Shown: positions 1 to 9,420, numbered from the stretch's first letter. The stretch is 64,000 nt of DNA from Bacillota bacterium (GCA_023421395.1 JAEZTL010000021.1:42266-106265), one strand, 5' to 3'. Numbers and translations: made by a program. Notes: generated from the sequence alone by a model not told the origin.

Positions 1-135
1 GAGTCCATATCCGTACTTGTCTGTATGATTAAACACAACCAGGAAAATTGCAAAGATTTTGATAAAATTTATATGTTGCACTGTTTTCAAGTGGTTTACC
101 TCCGTGGAGAACAAAACATATCTGGATTTTACCAT
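1..135 (-). CDS. Acyltransferase family 3-like membrane protein, N-terminal fragment (gene runs off the left edge)
   Basis: Own translation of the minus strand from ATG at 135..133 gives MVKSRYVLFSTEVNHLKTVQHINFIKIFAIFLVVFNHTDKYGYGL, open to position 1. It is absent from the ORF track because no stop lies in the window. The hydrophobic I-x-F-I-K-x-x-A-I-x-L-V-V-x-x-H start is typical of Acyltransferase_3 proteins. The stretch is clearly more AT-rich than the rest of the window. No clear SD. Confidence 0.45.
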   Translation of the reverse strand, partial: MVKSRYVLFSTEVNHLKTVQHINFIKIFAIFLVVFNHTDKYGYGL

Positions 136-620
136 ACAGCAAGGTATACGTCAACCAAACGTGGTAGCTTGGGCGCGAAGGAGGCTTGCGAATTACTGGG
201 GTGGGTACACCGGAAAGGAAGTCAAGCACCTGACATATGCCGGGCGCTTCGAAAATTCCAGCATACCTTATCCAGAGACGGATGCTTCAGTGCCAGTAAC
301 AATGGCAGCAGGAGCGGCAGCGCCATTGCAACGATCGTTGGTAGCGGCGTCGGTAAGGTGACGAAATTTTTCGTAACGACAGAGAATACGTTAACTGGAG
401 AAAGGCGACCGAAGCGGAAGATAACCTTTGAACTTCAAGCGTTTCAAGGCTTTTGACGAAGAAGCTGGGCGGCGCTTATCATAGTCCACTCCCTTGAAAA
501 GGGAGTGCCCGCAGACCGTCTGAAAGATCCACAAGGCTTCAATCGTTTCCGGCTTCATGCACTTCGGTGAACGGAAACGCGCCGGTTACAACCTATGGGC
601 AGCGCTATCGCACCCGGATC

Positions 621-660
621 AGTGCGCGCCCGAAAATCTCCTGATTTCCGGGCGCGCACT
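621..660. terminator. Long GC-rich hairpin downstream of cysS (terminator-like, no clean U-tract)
   Basis: AGTGCGCGCCCGAAAATC / GATTTCCGGGCGCGCACT inverted repeat with one bulge and a TCCT loop. It lies 78 nt past the cysS stop. There is no T-run on either side, so the function is uncertain. Confidence 0.3.
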
Positions 661-737
661 CACCTCTTCCCGTCGCATTGAAAAATACGAAAAGTTTTCG
701 ATGCCTTGAGCGCGCTTCGGGATGGACGGCGTCCGCT

Positions 738-2135
738 TTACGCCCTGCGCACTTTGGGGCCCGCGGGGGTATCCTCGATCACGTAGCCCTTAGCCAGAAC
801 CTCGCCGCGGATGCGATCCGCGTCGGCGAAGCGCTTTTCCTTTTTCGCAGCGTGGCGCGCCTCCACCAGTGCCCTGACGTCCTCCGGCGTGGTGTCGAGC
901 GGCTTCGTCAGGAGGCCCAATACGCCGGTCATTATGTTCAGCGCGCCGAGGCTCGCCCGGATCGCCGCCTTCGACGGCGTTCCGGCGGAGAGGGTGACGT
1001 TCATGTCCCGCGCCCAGTCAAAGATCACGCCCAGCGCGTCGGCGGTGTTGAGGTCATCGTCCATCGCCTCGTCAAAGCGTGTGACAGCCTCCCAGCCGCG
1101 GGCGACGAAGGCTTCCTCCTCCGTCGTCCGCGGCCGTTCGGGCGCGGACTCCAAGAGAAAGAGCGCGTTATTTCGGGCGGTATAGAGCCGGTCCAGGGAG
1201 GCTTTGGCCTGCTCAATCAGATCCCGCGAGAAGTTGATGGGGCTTCTGTACTGGGCGCTGAGCATGAACATGCGCACCGCCTCCAGGTCGTACTCGGCGG
1301 CGATTTCGCGCACGGTGAAGAAGTTGCCCAGCGATTTACTCATCTTGCGGTTATCCACATTGATGTGGCCGTTGTGCATCCAGTATTTTGCGAAGGGCTT
1401 TCCCGTGGCACCCTCCGACTGGGCGATCTCGTTTTCGTGGTGGGGGAAGATCAGGTCCACGCCGCCGCAATGAATATCGAAGGTTTCGCCCAGGTATTTC
1501 ATGCTCATGGCAGAGCACTCGATGTGCCAGCCGGGCCTGCCCATGCCCCAGGGACTCTTCCAGGCCGGCTCGCCGGGCTTCTGCGCCTTCCAGAGCGCAA
1601 AGTCCATCGGGTTATGCTTGATGTCGTCCACTTCGATGCGCGCGCCGGCCTCCCGATCTTCCAGGTTCTGCCCGGACAGCTTGCCATAGCCGGGGTAGCC
1701 TGCCGTGTCGAAGTACACGTCGCCCTGGGCCTCGTAGGCATAACCGTTTTTGATGAGCTTCTGAATGATCTTGATGATCTCGCCGACGTGGCGGGTGGCT
1801 CTGGGATGCACGTCCGCCCGCATCACGCCCAGCGCGTCCGCGTCTTTGAAGTATTCTTCAATGTAGCGGTCGGCGATCTCCTCGACGGTGGTATGCTCCT
1901 CCTCCGCGCGGCGGATCAGCTTATCGTCGATGTCGGTAAAGTTCTGGACGAAGGTCACCTTATAGCCCCTGTGCGTCAGGTATCGCCTGAGGGTATCAAA
2001 GATGATGAAAGGCCGCGCATTGCCGATGTGAAAGTAATTGTAGACCGTTGGACCGCAGGCATAAATGCGCACTTCGCCCTCGTGTACCGGCGTCAATTCT
2101 TCCTTTTGTCGGGTCATCGTGTTATAGATCTTCAT
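738..2135 (-). CDS. cysS: Cysteine--tRNA ligase
   Basis: 465 aa. Start [14 protein letters not shown]. Class I HIGH-type motif [16 protein letters not shown] and KMSKS motif ([10 protein letters not shown]). Confidence 0.95.
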   Translation of the reverse strand: MKIYNTMTRQKEELTPVHEGEVRIYACGPTVYNYFHIGNARPFIIFDTLRRYLTHRGYKVTFVQNFTDIDDKLIRRAEEEHTTVEEIADRYIEEYFKDADALGVMRADVHPRATRHVGEIIKIIQKLIKNGYAYEAQGDVYFDTAGYPGYGKLSGQNLEDREAGARIEVDDIKHNPMDFALWKAQKPGEPAWKSPWGMGRPGWHIECSAMSMKYLGETFDIHCGGVDLIFPHHENEIAQSEGATGKPFAKYWMHNGHINVDNRKMSKSLGNFFTVREIAAEYDLEAVRMFMLSAQYRSPINFSRDLIEQAKASLDRLYTARNNALFLLESAPERPRTTEEEAFVARGWEAVTRFDEAMDDDLNTADALGVIFDWARDMNVTLSAGTPSKAAIRASLGALNIMTGVLGLLTKPLDTTPEDVRALVEARHAAKKEKRFADADRIRGEVLAKGYVIEDTPAGPKVRRA

Positions 2136-2841
2136 TTTTAATCTCCTCCTTGGGCACCAAAAGGCAATTGGGCAGGTTGAAGTCCTGGCACTGGTCGCAG
2201 GCGATACCCTGCACCTTGTGCTCCATGCACTTTTCCAGCTGCATCAGGCGGGACGTCATCTCCTCGATGCGCTCCTTGATGGGGTCGGGCAGGTGGATCT
2301 GGTCGAGGTCGATGCCGATCCGCTCGCCCGCCTGCCGGACCACGCGGCCCGGGTTGCCGACCACCGTGGAATAGGGCGGGACTTCCTTTAATACCACCGC
2401 GCTGGCGCCGATCTTGGCGCCGTCGCCCACCTCGAAGGGCCCCAGCACCTTTGCGCCCGCGCCGATCACCACGTTGTTGCCGATGGTGGGATGGCGCTTG
2501 CCCACGTCCTTGCCAGTGCCGCCCAGCGTCACGTCCTGATAGAGCGTTACGTTATCGCCAATCTCGGCCGTCTCGCCGATCACCACGCCCATGCCGTGGT
2601 CGATGAAGAGGCCCTTGCCGATTTTCGCGCCGGGGTGGATTTCGATGCCGGTGAGCCTGCGCGTGCGCTGGGATACCAGCCGGGCCAGCAGCTTCATGTT
2701 GTGCGTCCACAGCCAGTGGGCGCGGCGGTGCCTGCGCACCGCGCGGAAGCTGGGGTAACACAATACGACCTCCAGCGCGCTTCGCGCCGCGGGATCGCGG
2801 GATAAAATGGCGCGCACATCCTCGTGCCATCTGGAAAACAT
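2122..2841 (-). CDS. cysE: Serine O-acetyltransferase
   Basis: Hexapeptide-repeat core [45 protein letters not shown] moved the start to ATG 2841 (MFSRWHEDV), which has GGGAGG 7 nt upstream. It overlaps the cysS start by 14 nt (operon). The C-terminal tail carries several Cys. Confidence 0.88.
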   Translation of the reverse strand: MFSRWHEDVRAILSRDPAARSALEVVLCYPSFRAVRRHRRAHWLWTHNMKLLARLVSQRTRRLTGIEIHPGAKIGKGLFIDHGMGVVIGETAEIGDNVTLYQDVTLGGTGKDVGKRHPTIGNNVVIGAGAKVLGPFEVGDGAKIGASAVVLKEVPPYSTVVGNPGRVVRQAGERIGIDLDQIHLPDPIKERIEEMTSRLMQLEKCMEHKVQGIACDQCQDFNLPNCLLVPKEEIKNEDL

Positions 2842-2865
2842 GACGATACCTCCCATTCAGGTATA

Positions 2866-3094
2866 GAAAAGCGCCTCCGTATCCGACAGAGGCGCTTTCG
2901 CGCGGTTCCACTCTGCTTCAGACTGCCCGGAGGCATTCTGCGCTTAAAACGCTGTAACGGGCGCACCCGGCGCGCTTTGGTCTCGCGCAAGCTCACGGAT
3001 GCACTTCGGCGGCCTCGCGCAGGGGCGGCTTTCAGCCGGGGACCGCCCGTCTCTGTTGCGTCCGGGTTGCCTACTCTTTCCGGTCATTGCAGGT
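2866..3094 (-). promoter_or_regulatory. T-box leader RNA (Cys specifier) controlling cysE-cysS
   Basis: Read on the minus strand. K-turn/GA elements AAUGACC..GAAAGAGUAGG. AGAGA box in CAACAGAGACGGG. Specifier region GAAG-UGC-A, with the UGC codon equal to plus 3001..3003. T-box sequence AGAGUGGAACCGCGCG (plus 2899..2915). This is followed directly by the terminator AAAGCGCCUC-UGUCGGAUAC-GAGGCGCUUUUC (plus 2866..2898). Confidence 0.85.
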
Positions 3095-3100
3095 ATTGCC

Positions 3101-3129
3101 ATTATAACGGCTTTCTGGCCATTCGTCAA
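3101..3129 (-). promoter_or_regulatory. Sigma-70 type promoter of the T-box/cysE-cysS operon
   Basis: Minus strand reads TTGACG - 17 nt - TATAAT. The -35 is plus 3124..3129 and the -10 is plus 3101..3106. Confidence 0.7.
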
Positions 3130-3418
3130 CCGGCAAATGCGCTTGGTGACAGCACGCCGGAAGAACACAATCTCTCTGCGCGACATAATTTATGAAGAAA
3201 ACATAATCAATTGTTGCAGCGCGATGCGAAACCTTTTACGCGTGGACAGAATGAGTGTGCCGCCCACTTATCCGGAAAAAGAGCGACAAATGGCGTGTAC
3301 ATTCGAGTTACCGCGTCGAAAGCAGGCGAAAATGCGGCGATATATTACATAAGTATTACGAAAAGTTGTAAAATGATTGCTTCGAAAAAATTTTTTCTCA
3401 ATAGTTGGCAGGTTTTTC

Positions 3419-3447
3419 TTGCAGAGGTGTCGTATATATGTTATACT
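3419..3447 (+). promoter_or_regulatory. Sigma-70 type promoter of the NlpC/P60 hydrolase gene
   Basis: TTGCAG (3419..3424) - 17 nt - TATACT (3442..3447), with an extended -10 TG at 3439..3440. Confidence 0.55.
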
Positions 3448-3537
3448 CCTAGCAACGGTCTCGTACCGGATTGTGGAAAAAGTACGCCGCACGGGCGGCA
3501 TCCCCGGGATTTTTCTTGAGCGGAGGGGGCAGGCGCG

Positions 3538-5265
3538 ATGCAAAAGGGCGGGAAGAGCATGCTGAGGGCGGCCGTTCTGACGGCGCTTCTATTGACTTTC
3601 CTCTTCTCACAGGCGACGGCCGCCACGCTGAAACTCGGCGCCAAGGACGCCGCCGTTTACGCCCTTCAGACGAACCTGCAGGATAAAGGCTACTTCAACG
3701 CAAAGGTCATTACCGAGAAATACACCACCGCGTTGCGAAAGGCCGTCGGCGTTTTTCAGATTGCCAACGACATCAAACCCAAGGCCGGCTACGGCGTCGC
3801 GGACGATGAAACCCAAATGCGGGCCGCTTCCCCCGACGCCGTCACCTATCCCCAGTACGTTGAAAAGCTGACCGACGCGCAGCTTAAACCGGGCGGCAGC
3901 GGCGCGTATGTCAAAAAGGCGCAGACGAAGCTGAGGTCGCTTGGATACTACGGCGGCAAGATCGACAGCAAGTACCGCTCCACGACCATCAAGGCCGTGC
4001 AGGACTTCCAGACCGCCAACGACCTCTCCACTTCCGGCATCGCCGACGCCGAGACCCGCGCGGTGCTCTATTCTGCCGGCGCCAAATCCCGCGCCGTGTA
4101 CGATGCGGAAAACTTCCTGACGCCGCTGAGCATCCGTTCAAAGAACACCACGCAGGTAACCCAACTGCAGCAGCGGCTGGCTGCCCTCGGGTACTATTGG
4201 GACGAGCCAACCGGTGTTTTCGACGCGCAGACCAAGTATTCTGTCAAGTTCTTTCAGGAAGCCAACGGCTTCTCCGCCAGCGGCACCGCCAGCCGTTCGG
4301 TCCGCGCGCTGGTCAACAAGGATACCGCCAAGTCCTTTGATCAATACGTCACCGATGCGATGAAGCGCCAGCAGCTGTCACCGGGCTGCAAGGGAGGCGT
4401 CCGGGTTGCGGTGCTGCAGCTGCAGCTGTCGGACAAGGAGCTGGCGGACGGCAAACGAGGCCTGGGCTATTATAAGGGCGCGATCACGGGCCTGTACTCC
4501 GGATCGGTCGCGACCGCCGTGCGCACCTTCCAGATGTTCAACAACATGAATAGCAAGTATGTGACCGGCAAGGCCAATACCGCCACCCGGGAGAAATTGC
4601 TGGACGCCAACGCGATTTCCTACGAAACCGTGTGCGGCAGCAATACGCTGAAGTCAGGCTCCGGCGATTCGGACGCCGTCAAGCGCCTGCAGACCAAGCT
4701 CAAGGGACTGGGCTATTACACGGGCAGCGTGGACGGCGTCTATGACGGCGCGGTTGCCTCCGCGGTCAAGATGTTCCAGCGGTACAATGGCCTCTACCCA
4801 ACCGGGATCGCCTACTCGAACACGCTGTCGGCCTTGGAAAGCGATTCGGTGGTGTCGTACACCAACGCCCATGTTGAAAAGTTCATTGAGATTGCAATGA
4901 GTAAATTGGGCAAAGATTATGTGTGGGGAACGCAGGGGCCCAATACCTTTGACTGCAGCGGCTTCACCTATTACTGCTTAAAGAGGATGGGCATCACGGT
5001 AAGTGCCGATTCTGAGGCACAGGGGAATAGGACAAAAGGGAAGCGCATTAACGAACTGTCCTTGCTAAAGCGCGGAGATTTGCTTTACTTTGACACACAG
5101 ACGGATAAAGCGCCCGGCCATGCGGCAATTTATTTGGGCATCGTCAACGGGAAAAGGCGGTTTATTCACGCATCAAGTACCGAAAAATATCGGTGTGTGA
5201 CAGTTTCTGACTTTTCTGATTGGTATAAAGATCGCTTCATGTGGGGAATCCGCATTTGGGAGTAG
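3538..5265 (+). CDS. Secreted cell-wall hydrolase: five peptidoglycan-binding (PG_binding_1-like) repeats plus a C-terminal NlpC/P60 endopeptidase domain
   Basis: Signal-like N-terminus MLRAAVLTALLLTFLFSQATA. Five repeats of the L-Q-x-x-L-x-x-L-G-Y-Y...F-Q type. The C-terminus has the catalytic Cys context FDCSGFTYYC and His contexts GHAAIYLG and FIHAS. Confidence 0.85.
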   Translation: MQKGGKSMLRAAVLTALLLTFLFSQATAATLKLGAKDAAVYALQTNLQDKGYFNAKVITEKYTTALRKAVGVFQIANDIKPKAGYGVADDETQMRAASPDAVTYPQYVEKLTDAQLKPGGSGAYVKKAQTKLRSLGYYGGKIDSKYRSTTIKAVQDFQTANDLSTSGIADAETRAVLYSAGAKSRAVYDAENFLTPLSIRSKNTTQVTQLQQRLAALGYYWDEPTGVFDAQTKYSVKFFQEANGFSASGTASRSVRALVNKDTAKSFDQYVTDAMKRQQLSPGCKGGVRVAVLQLQLSDKELADGKRGLGYYKGAITGLYSGSVATAVRTFQMFNNMNSKYVTGKANTATREKLLDANAISYETVCGSNTLKSGSGDSDAVKRLQTKLKGLGYYTGSVDGVYDGAVASAVKMFQRYNGLYPTGIAYSNTLSALESDSVVSYTNAHVEKFIEIAMSKLGKDYVWGTQGPNTFDCSGFTYYCLKRMGITVSADSEAQGNRTKGKRINELSLLKRGDLLYFDTQTDKAPGHAAIYLGIVNGKRRFIHASSTEKYRCVTVSDFSDWYKDRFMWGIRIWE

Positions 5266-5271
5266 AACGCG

Positions 5272-6099
5272 ATGGACGATATTCGGGCGGCGCGAGGGGA
5301 CTCGGGCCGCTCTTTTTGTAAACTTCCGGGGGAACGGCTGGACGACCTGAATCGCGGCGGCCTCATGATCCTCCAGAAGGAGAAGGGTTTCCGCTTCGGC
5401 ACCGACGCGGTGCTGCTGGCGGATTTTGCCGCGCCGAAACCATCCGACCGGGTGGCGGATCTGGGCGCGGGCGGCGGCATTCTGCCTATCCTGATGGCGG
5501 ACGCAGCGCCGCGGGCGCGCTTTGACGCGGTGGAGTGGCAGACGGAACTCTGCGATATGGCCCAGCGCAGCGTGCTGGGCAACGGCCTTGAGGACCGGGT
5601 CTATGTGCATCCTCTGGACGTGCGGGACGCACCGCGGGTGCTGGGGTGCGCGGGACACTCGCTGGTGGTGTCCAACCCGCCCTACCATCCCCGGGGCACC
5701 GCGCCGGCAAGCCCCGATCCGGCCCACCATTTGGCGCGGCATGAAGGGGAGAGCACGCTGGAGGACTTCGCGGCCTGCGCCGCAAAACTCTTAAAAAATG
5801 GCGGCCGGGCGGCGTTCGTGTACCCCGCGCCCCGCGCCTTCGACCTGATGTGCGCGCTCCGGGCGCGGCGGCTCGAACCCAAGCGCGTACGGCTGGTGCT
5901 GGACAGGCCCGGCGCCAGGCCCAAGCTGATCCTGCTGGACGCCGTCAAGGGCGGCGGTGCGTGGCTGGACTGGCTGCCCCCGCTGACCCTCAGGGACGAG
6001 GCCGGCGAGCCCACGCGCGAATACCGGCGAATTTATCGTCTGGCGCTTGACGAAAACGGTATAAAGCCCCATAATACAGTGGGAGCTGAATGCCAATGA
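5272..6099 (+). CDS. Class I SAM-dependent N6-adenine-type methyltransferase (YfiC/TrmN6-like)
   Basis: SAM motif I DLGAGGGIL and catalytic NPPY motif (VVSNPPYH). The exact substrate cannot be determined from sequence. Confidence 0.7.
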   Translation: MDDIRAARGDSGRSFCKLPGERLDDLNRGGLMILQKEKGFRFGTDAVLLADFAAPKPSDRVADLGAGGGILPILMADAAPRARFDAVEWQTELCDMAQRSVLGNGLEDRVYVHPLDVRDAPRVLGCAGHSLVVSNPPYHPRGTAPASPDPAHHLARHEGESTLEDFAACAAKLLKNGGRAAFVYPAPRAFDLMCALRARRLEPKRVRLVLDRPGARPKLILLDAVKGGGAWLDWLPPLTLRDEAGEPTREYRRIYRLALDENGIKPHNTVGAECQ

Positions 6100-7397
6100 G
6101 TCACCGGATTGAGCGGGTTGAACCGGGCAGCCTGGCCGAGCGGCTGGGCCTTCTGACCGGGGACCGGCTGATCTCCATCGACGGACAGAGCGTGATCGAT
6201 TTTGTGGACTATCAGGCGCTGTGCTGCGCCGGAAAACTGCGCCTTGTGGTTGAGCGCGACGGGAAGCGGATCGAGTTTGCGGTCAAAAAGGACGAGTATG
6301 AGCCGCTGGGGCTGGAGTTTCACGGCCAGCTGATGGGCGGCCCCCGCAACTGCTGCAACCATTGCGCCTTCTGCTTTGTGGATCAGCTGCCGTCGGGCGC
6401 GCGGCCCACGCTGCACGTTAAGGACGACGATTGGCGGCTGTCGCTTTTGATGGGCAATTTCGTGACGCTGACCAACGTCGGTGACCGGGAGCTTGACAGG
6501 ATCATCGCCAGGCGCGCGTCGCCGCTGTACATCTCGGTGCATGCCACCGATCCGCTTCTCAGGGCGCGGCTGATGGGTACGCCCCGCGCGGCGGCGATCG
6601 ATCGCCAACTGGATCGCCTGGCAAGGGGCGGCATCCGCTTCCACACGCAGGCGGTCATCTGTCCCGGGCTCAACGACGGCGAAGCGCTGGAGCGGACCAT
6701 ATCGGATCTGGCCGCCATGTACCCCAGCGCACGCTCGCTGGCGCTGGTGCCGGTGGGGCTGACGGCGCACCGGGACGGCCTCAAGGACCTCGCGCCCTTT
6801 GACGCTGAAAGCGCGCGGCAGCTGCTCGACCAGGTGAACGCGTGGCGCGGCCGGCTGAAGGAGCGCCTGGGTACCGGCTTTGTGCAGGCTGCGGACGAGT
6901 TCTACCTCATGGCGGGCCGCCCTTTTCCCCAGGAGAGCGAGTACGAGGGCTATCCGCAGATCGAAAACGGCGTGGGCATGTGCCGCCTGCTGGAACGGGA
7001 GTTCGACGAAGCCTACCGTGCGGCGGATCAAGCAGCCCGGCCCGCAAGGGTCGCCATCGCCTGCGGCGTTTCGGTGGCGCCCTTTCTGGAAAAACTGGTT
7101 CGGGAGCATCCGCTTGCGGGCGTGGAAATCGCGGTGATTCCGGTGACGAACGGCTACTTCGGGCCGACGGTCACCGTGTCCGGGCTTTTGACTGGCGGCG
7201 ATCTGATCCGAAGCCTGAAAGGCGTGACGGCAGACCGGGTGCTGATCACCGAATGCATGCTGCGGGAGGGCGACGACGTGTTCCTGGATGGCATGGTGTT
7301 GAACGAAGTTAAAAAAGCGCTGGGCATCAATATCCTGCCGGTGGGCAGGCGTGGAGACCAGCTTTTGGACGCGCTCGCGGGCGCGGTCGCCGGGTAG
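6090..7397 (+). CDS. PDZ-domain / radical-SAM-like DUF512 family protein
   Basis: N-terminal PDZ-like segment VEPGSLAERLGLLTGDRLISIDGQ, followed by CCNHCAFC (CxxxCxxC). It sits immediately upstream of der, which I recall as the usual position for this family in Firmicutes. Confidence 0.7.
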   Translation: MPMSHRIERVEPGSLAERLGLLTGDRLISIDGQSVIDFVDYQALCCAGKLRLVVERDGKRIEFAVKKDEYEPLGLEFHGQLMGGPRNCCNHCAFCFVDQLPSGARPTLHVKDDDWRLSLLMGNFVTLTNVGDRELDRIIARRASPLYISVHATDPLLRARLMGTPRAAAIDRQLDRLARGGIRFHTQAVICPGLNDGEALERTISDLAAMYPSARSLALVPVGLTAHRDGLKDLAPFDAESARQLLDQVNAWRGRLKERLGTGFVQAADEFYLMAGRPFPQESEYEGYPQIENGVGMCRLLEREFDEAYRAADQAARPARVAIACGVSVAPFLEKLVREHPLAGVEIAVIPVTNGYFGPTVTVSGLLTGGDLIRSLKGVTADRVLITECMLREGDDVFLDGMVLNEVKKALGINILPVGRRGDQLLDALAGAVAG

Positions 7398-7413
7398 ACG
7401 GCGGGGAGGAACC

Positions 7414-8739
7414 ATGGCAAGACCGTTGGTGGCCATCGTGGGCCGGCCCAATGTGGGCAAGTCCACCTTTTTCAACAAAATTGCGGGGCGGCGCATCGCC
7501 ATCGTGGAGGACACGCCGGGCGTGACCCGCGACCGCGTGTATGCCGACTGCGAGTGGCAGGGCAGAAAATTCACGCTGATCGATACCGGTGGCATCGACC
7601 CCGGCTCCACCGACCCGCTGCTCCGGCAGATGCGGGATCAGGCGGAGATCGCCATCGACACGGCGGACGCGATCCTGTTTTTTGTGGACGGGCGGCAGGG
7701 CCTGACGCCGGACGACGCGAGCGTGGCCGACATGCTGCGAAAGAGCAAAAAGCCGATTCTGGTCGTGGTCAACAAAATTGACAGCGTGGCCCAGGAGGGC
7801 CACGCCTATGAGTTTTACGCGCTGGGGCTGGGCGACCCGATCGCGGTGTCGTCGGTCAACATGATGAATTTCGGCGACCTGCTGGAAGAGCTCATGAAGC
7901 TTCTGCCCGTTGAGGAGGGCGAGCCGCAGGAGGATCATCCGGTGCACGTGGCGGTGGTGGGCAAGCCCAACGTGGGCAAGTCATCGCTGGTCAACCGGCT
8001 CCTGGGCCAGAAGCGCGTGATGGTGTCCGACATCGCGGGCACCACCCGGGACGCCATCGATACCCGCTTTGCCGATGAGGGCGAGGAGTACGTGCTCATC
8101 GACACCGCCGGCATCCGCAGAAAGCGCGCCATTGAGTATCAGTCGCTGGAGCGGTTTAGCGTGGTGCGCGCGCTGGCGGCCATCGACCGGTCCGACGTGG
8201 TGCTGATGCTGATCGACGCATCCGAGGGTGTCACCGAACAGGACACCAAAATCGCCGGTTACATCGACGAGCAGGGCAAGCCCGCCATTGTGCTGGTCAA
8301 CAAGTGGGACACGGTCGAAAAGGACACCGGCACGCTGGAGGCGTATACGCGCGAGATCCGCGAGCAGCTCAAGTTCATGGACTATGCGCGCATCCTCTTC
8401 GTTTCGGTCCTGACGGGGCGGCGGGTCGACCGAGTCATGCCGATGGTGCGGGAGGTATATGCCCAGTCATCCAGGCGCATTACCACCGGCGTCCTCAACG
8501 ATGTGCTGGCCGACGCGCAGACCGCGCTGGCGCCGCCGTCCATGTCCGGCCGCAGGCTGCGCATCTACTATGGTACGCAGCAGAGCGTGTGTCCGCCGAC
8601 GTTCGTGCTGTTCGTCAACGACAAGACGCTGATGCACTATTCGTATGAGCGGTACCTGCACAACCAGTTCCGCAAGGCCTTCGGCTTCGACGGCACGCCC
8701 ATACGGTTCGTGCTGCGCGATAAACAGAAAGAGGACTAG
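7414..8739 (+). CDS. der: Ribosome-associated GTPase Der (EngA)
   Basis: Two tandem GTPase domains (G1 motifs GRPNVGKST and GKPNVGKSS) plus a KH-like C-terminus. I chose ATG 7414 (MARPLVAIVG) with GGGGAGGA upstream, rather than the ORF-track start at 7351. Confidence 0.95.
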   Translation: MARPLVAIVGRPNVGKSTFFNKIAGRRIAIVEDTPGVTRDRVYADCEWQGRKFTLIDTGGIDPGSTDPLLRQMRDQAEIAIDTADAILFFVDGRQGLTPDDASVADMLRKSKKPILVVVNKIDSVAQEGHAYEFYALGLGDPIAVSSVNMMNFGDLLEELMKLLPVEEGEPQEDHPVHVAVVGKPNVGKSSLVNRLLGQKRVMVSDIAGTTRDAIDTRFADEGEEYVLIDTAGIRRKRAIEYQSLERFSVVRALAAIDRSDVVLMLIDASEGVTEQDTKIAGYIDEQGKPAIVLVNKWDTVEKDTGTLEAYTREIREQLKFMDYARILFVSVLTGRRVDRVMPMVREVYAQSSRRITTGVLNDVLADAQTALAPPSMSGRRLRIYYGTQQSVCPPTFVLFVNDKTLMHYSYERYLHNQFRKAFGFDGTPIRFVLRDKQKED

Positions 8740-8742
8740 CGG

Positions 8743-9372
8743 ATGATGATTGCGCTCAAATGGGTGATCGTGATTGTCGTTGGGTACCTGATGGGGAATT
8801 TTTCCTCGGGGATTACCTCCGGCATGGCGTTCGCCAAGACGGATATCCGACGGCACGGGAGCAAGTCCACCGGCGCGACCAACGTGCTGCGCACGCTGGG
8901 CTGGTTGCCCAGTGTCCTGACGCTGGCGGGCGACGCGCTGAAGGGCATTCTGGCTGCGCTCCTCGGCAAGTGGCTATTGGGGGAATACGGCGCCTATGCC
9001 GGCGGCCTCGCCGCGATCCTGGGCCATAACTGGCCGGTTTTTTACGGCTTCAAGGGCGGAAAGGGCATCGCCACCTCCTTCGGCGTGATCATGATCGTGG
9101 AGCCATGGTTCGGGTTGATTGTGCTGGCCTGCCAGTTTGTCGTGCTTCCGCTGACGGGGTACATGTCGGTGGCGTCGATGGCGTCGGCGGTATTTTATTC
9201 GGTTCTGACGCTTGCCTTTCGGTTCGGCAACTGGCCGGAGGTGGGTTTTGCGCTGGCGCTCACCGGTCTCGCGCTCTATACCCACCGGAAAAACATCGCG
9301 CGCCTTCGGCGCGGCGAGGAGCACAAGACCAGTTTTTCCGGCATGAAAAAGTTTAAAAAGCCCGGCGCGTGA
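8743..9372 (+). CDS. plsY: Glycerol-3-phosphate acyltransferase PlsY
   Basis: Polytopic membrane protein with GSKSTGATNVLR and HNWPVFYGFKGGKG motifs. The position downstream of der is typical. Confidence 0.93.
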   Translation: MMIALKWVIVIVVGYLMGNFSSGITSGMAFAKTDIRRHGSKSTGATNVLRTLGWLPSVLTLAGDALKGILAALLGKWLLGEYGAYAGGLAAILGHNWPVFYGFKGGKGIATSFGVIMIVEPWFGLIVLACQFVVLPLTGYMSVASMASAVFYSVLTLAFRFGNWPEVGFALALTGLALYTHRKNIARLRRGEEHKTSFSGMKKFKKPGA

Positions 9373-9420
9373 TTCGAAGCCTGATATTCATTGCGTGAAA
9401 CGCGCAAGGAGGAGGACTTT

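Noticed and set aside
205-250. CCGGAAAGGAAGTCAAGCA ... TGCCGGG resembles the SRP (4.5S) RNA helix-8 sequence CCGGAAGGAAGCAGCCA ... GCCGGG.
   Set aside because: The local sequence cannot form the GGAA-tetraloop hairpin (no closing pairs). The flanks lack the complementary strand, so the resemblance is probably coincidental.
25-456. 143-aa ORF (and overlapping 59..361 ORF) at the left edge.
   Set aside because: I recognise no family, the composition is odd (many Cys/His/Arg), and third positions are not GC-rich. The first 110 nt are antisense to a better acyltransferase N-terminus. It is kept only as part of the unexplained-region finding.
678-2141. 487-aa plus-strand ORF covering the whole cysS locus. 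Similar very long ORFs occur at 6033..7610(-), 9685..11013(-), 23878..25098(-), 25366..26394(-), 26944..28167(-), 42873..44159(-), 49199..51301(-) and 58..59-kb(+).
   Set aside because: They lie antisense or out of frame to genes with unmistakable family motifs. Their products are Arg/Ala/Gly/Pro/His-rich low-complexity strings, typical of stop-poor alternative frames in GC-rich DNA.
3448-3537. Possible cyclic-di-AMP (ydaO-type) riboswitch in the 5' UTR of the NlpC/P60 hydrolase gene, a common association.
   Set aside because: The UTR is only about 85 nt, and I cannot find the pseudo-two-fold conserved elements of that class. It contains only a small GCCGC/GCGGC hairpin.
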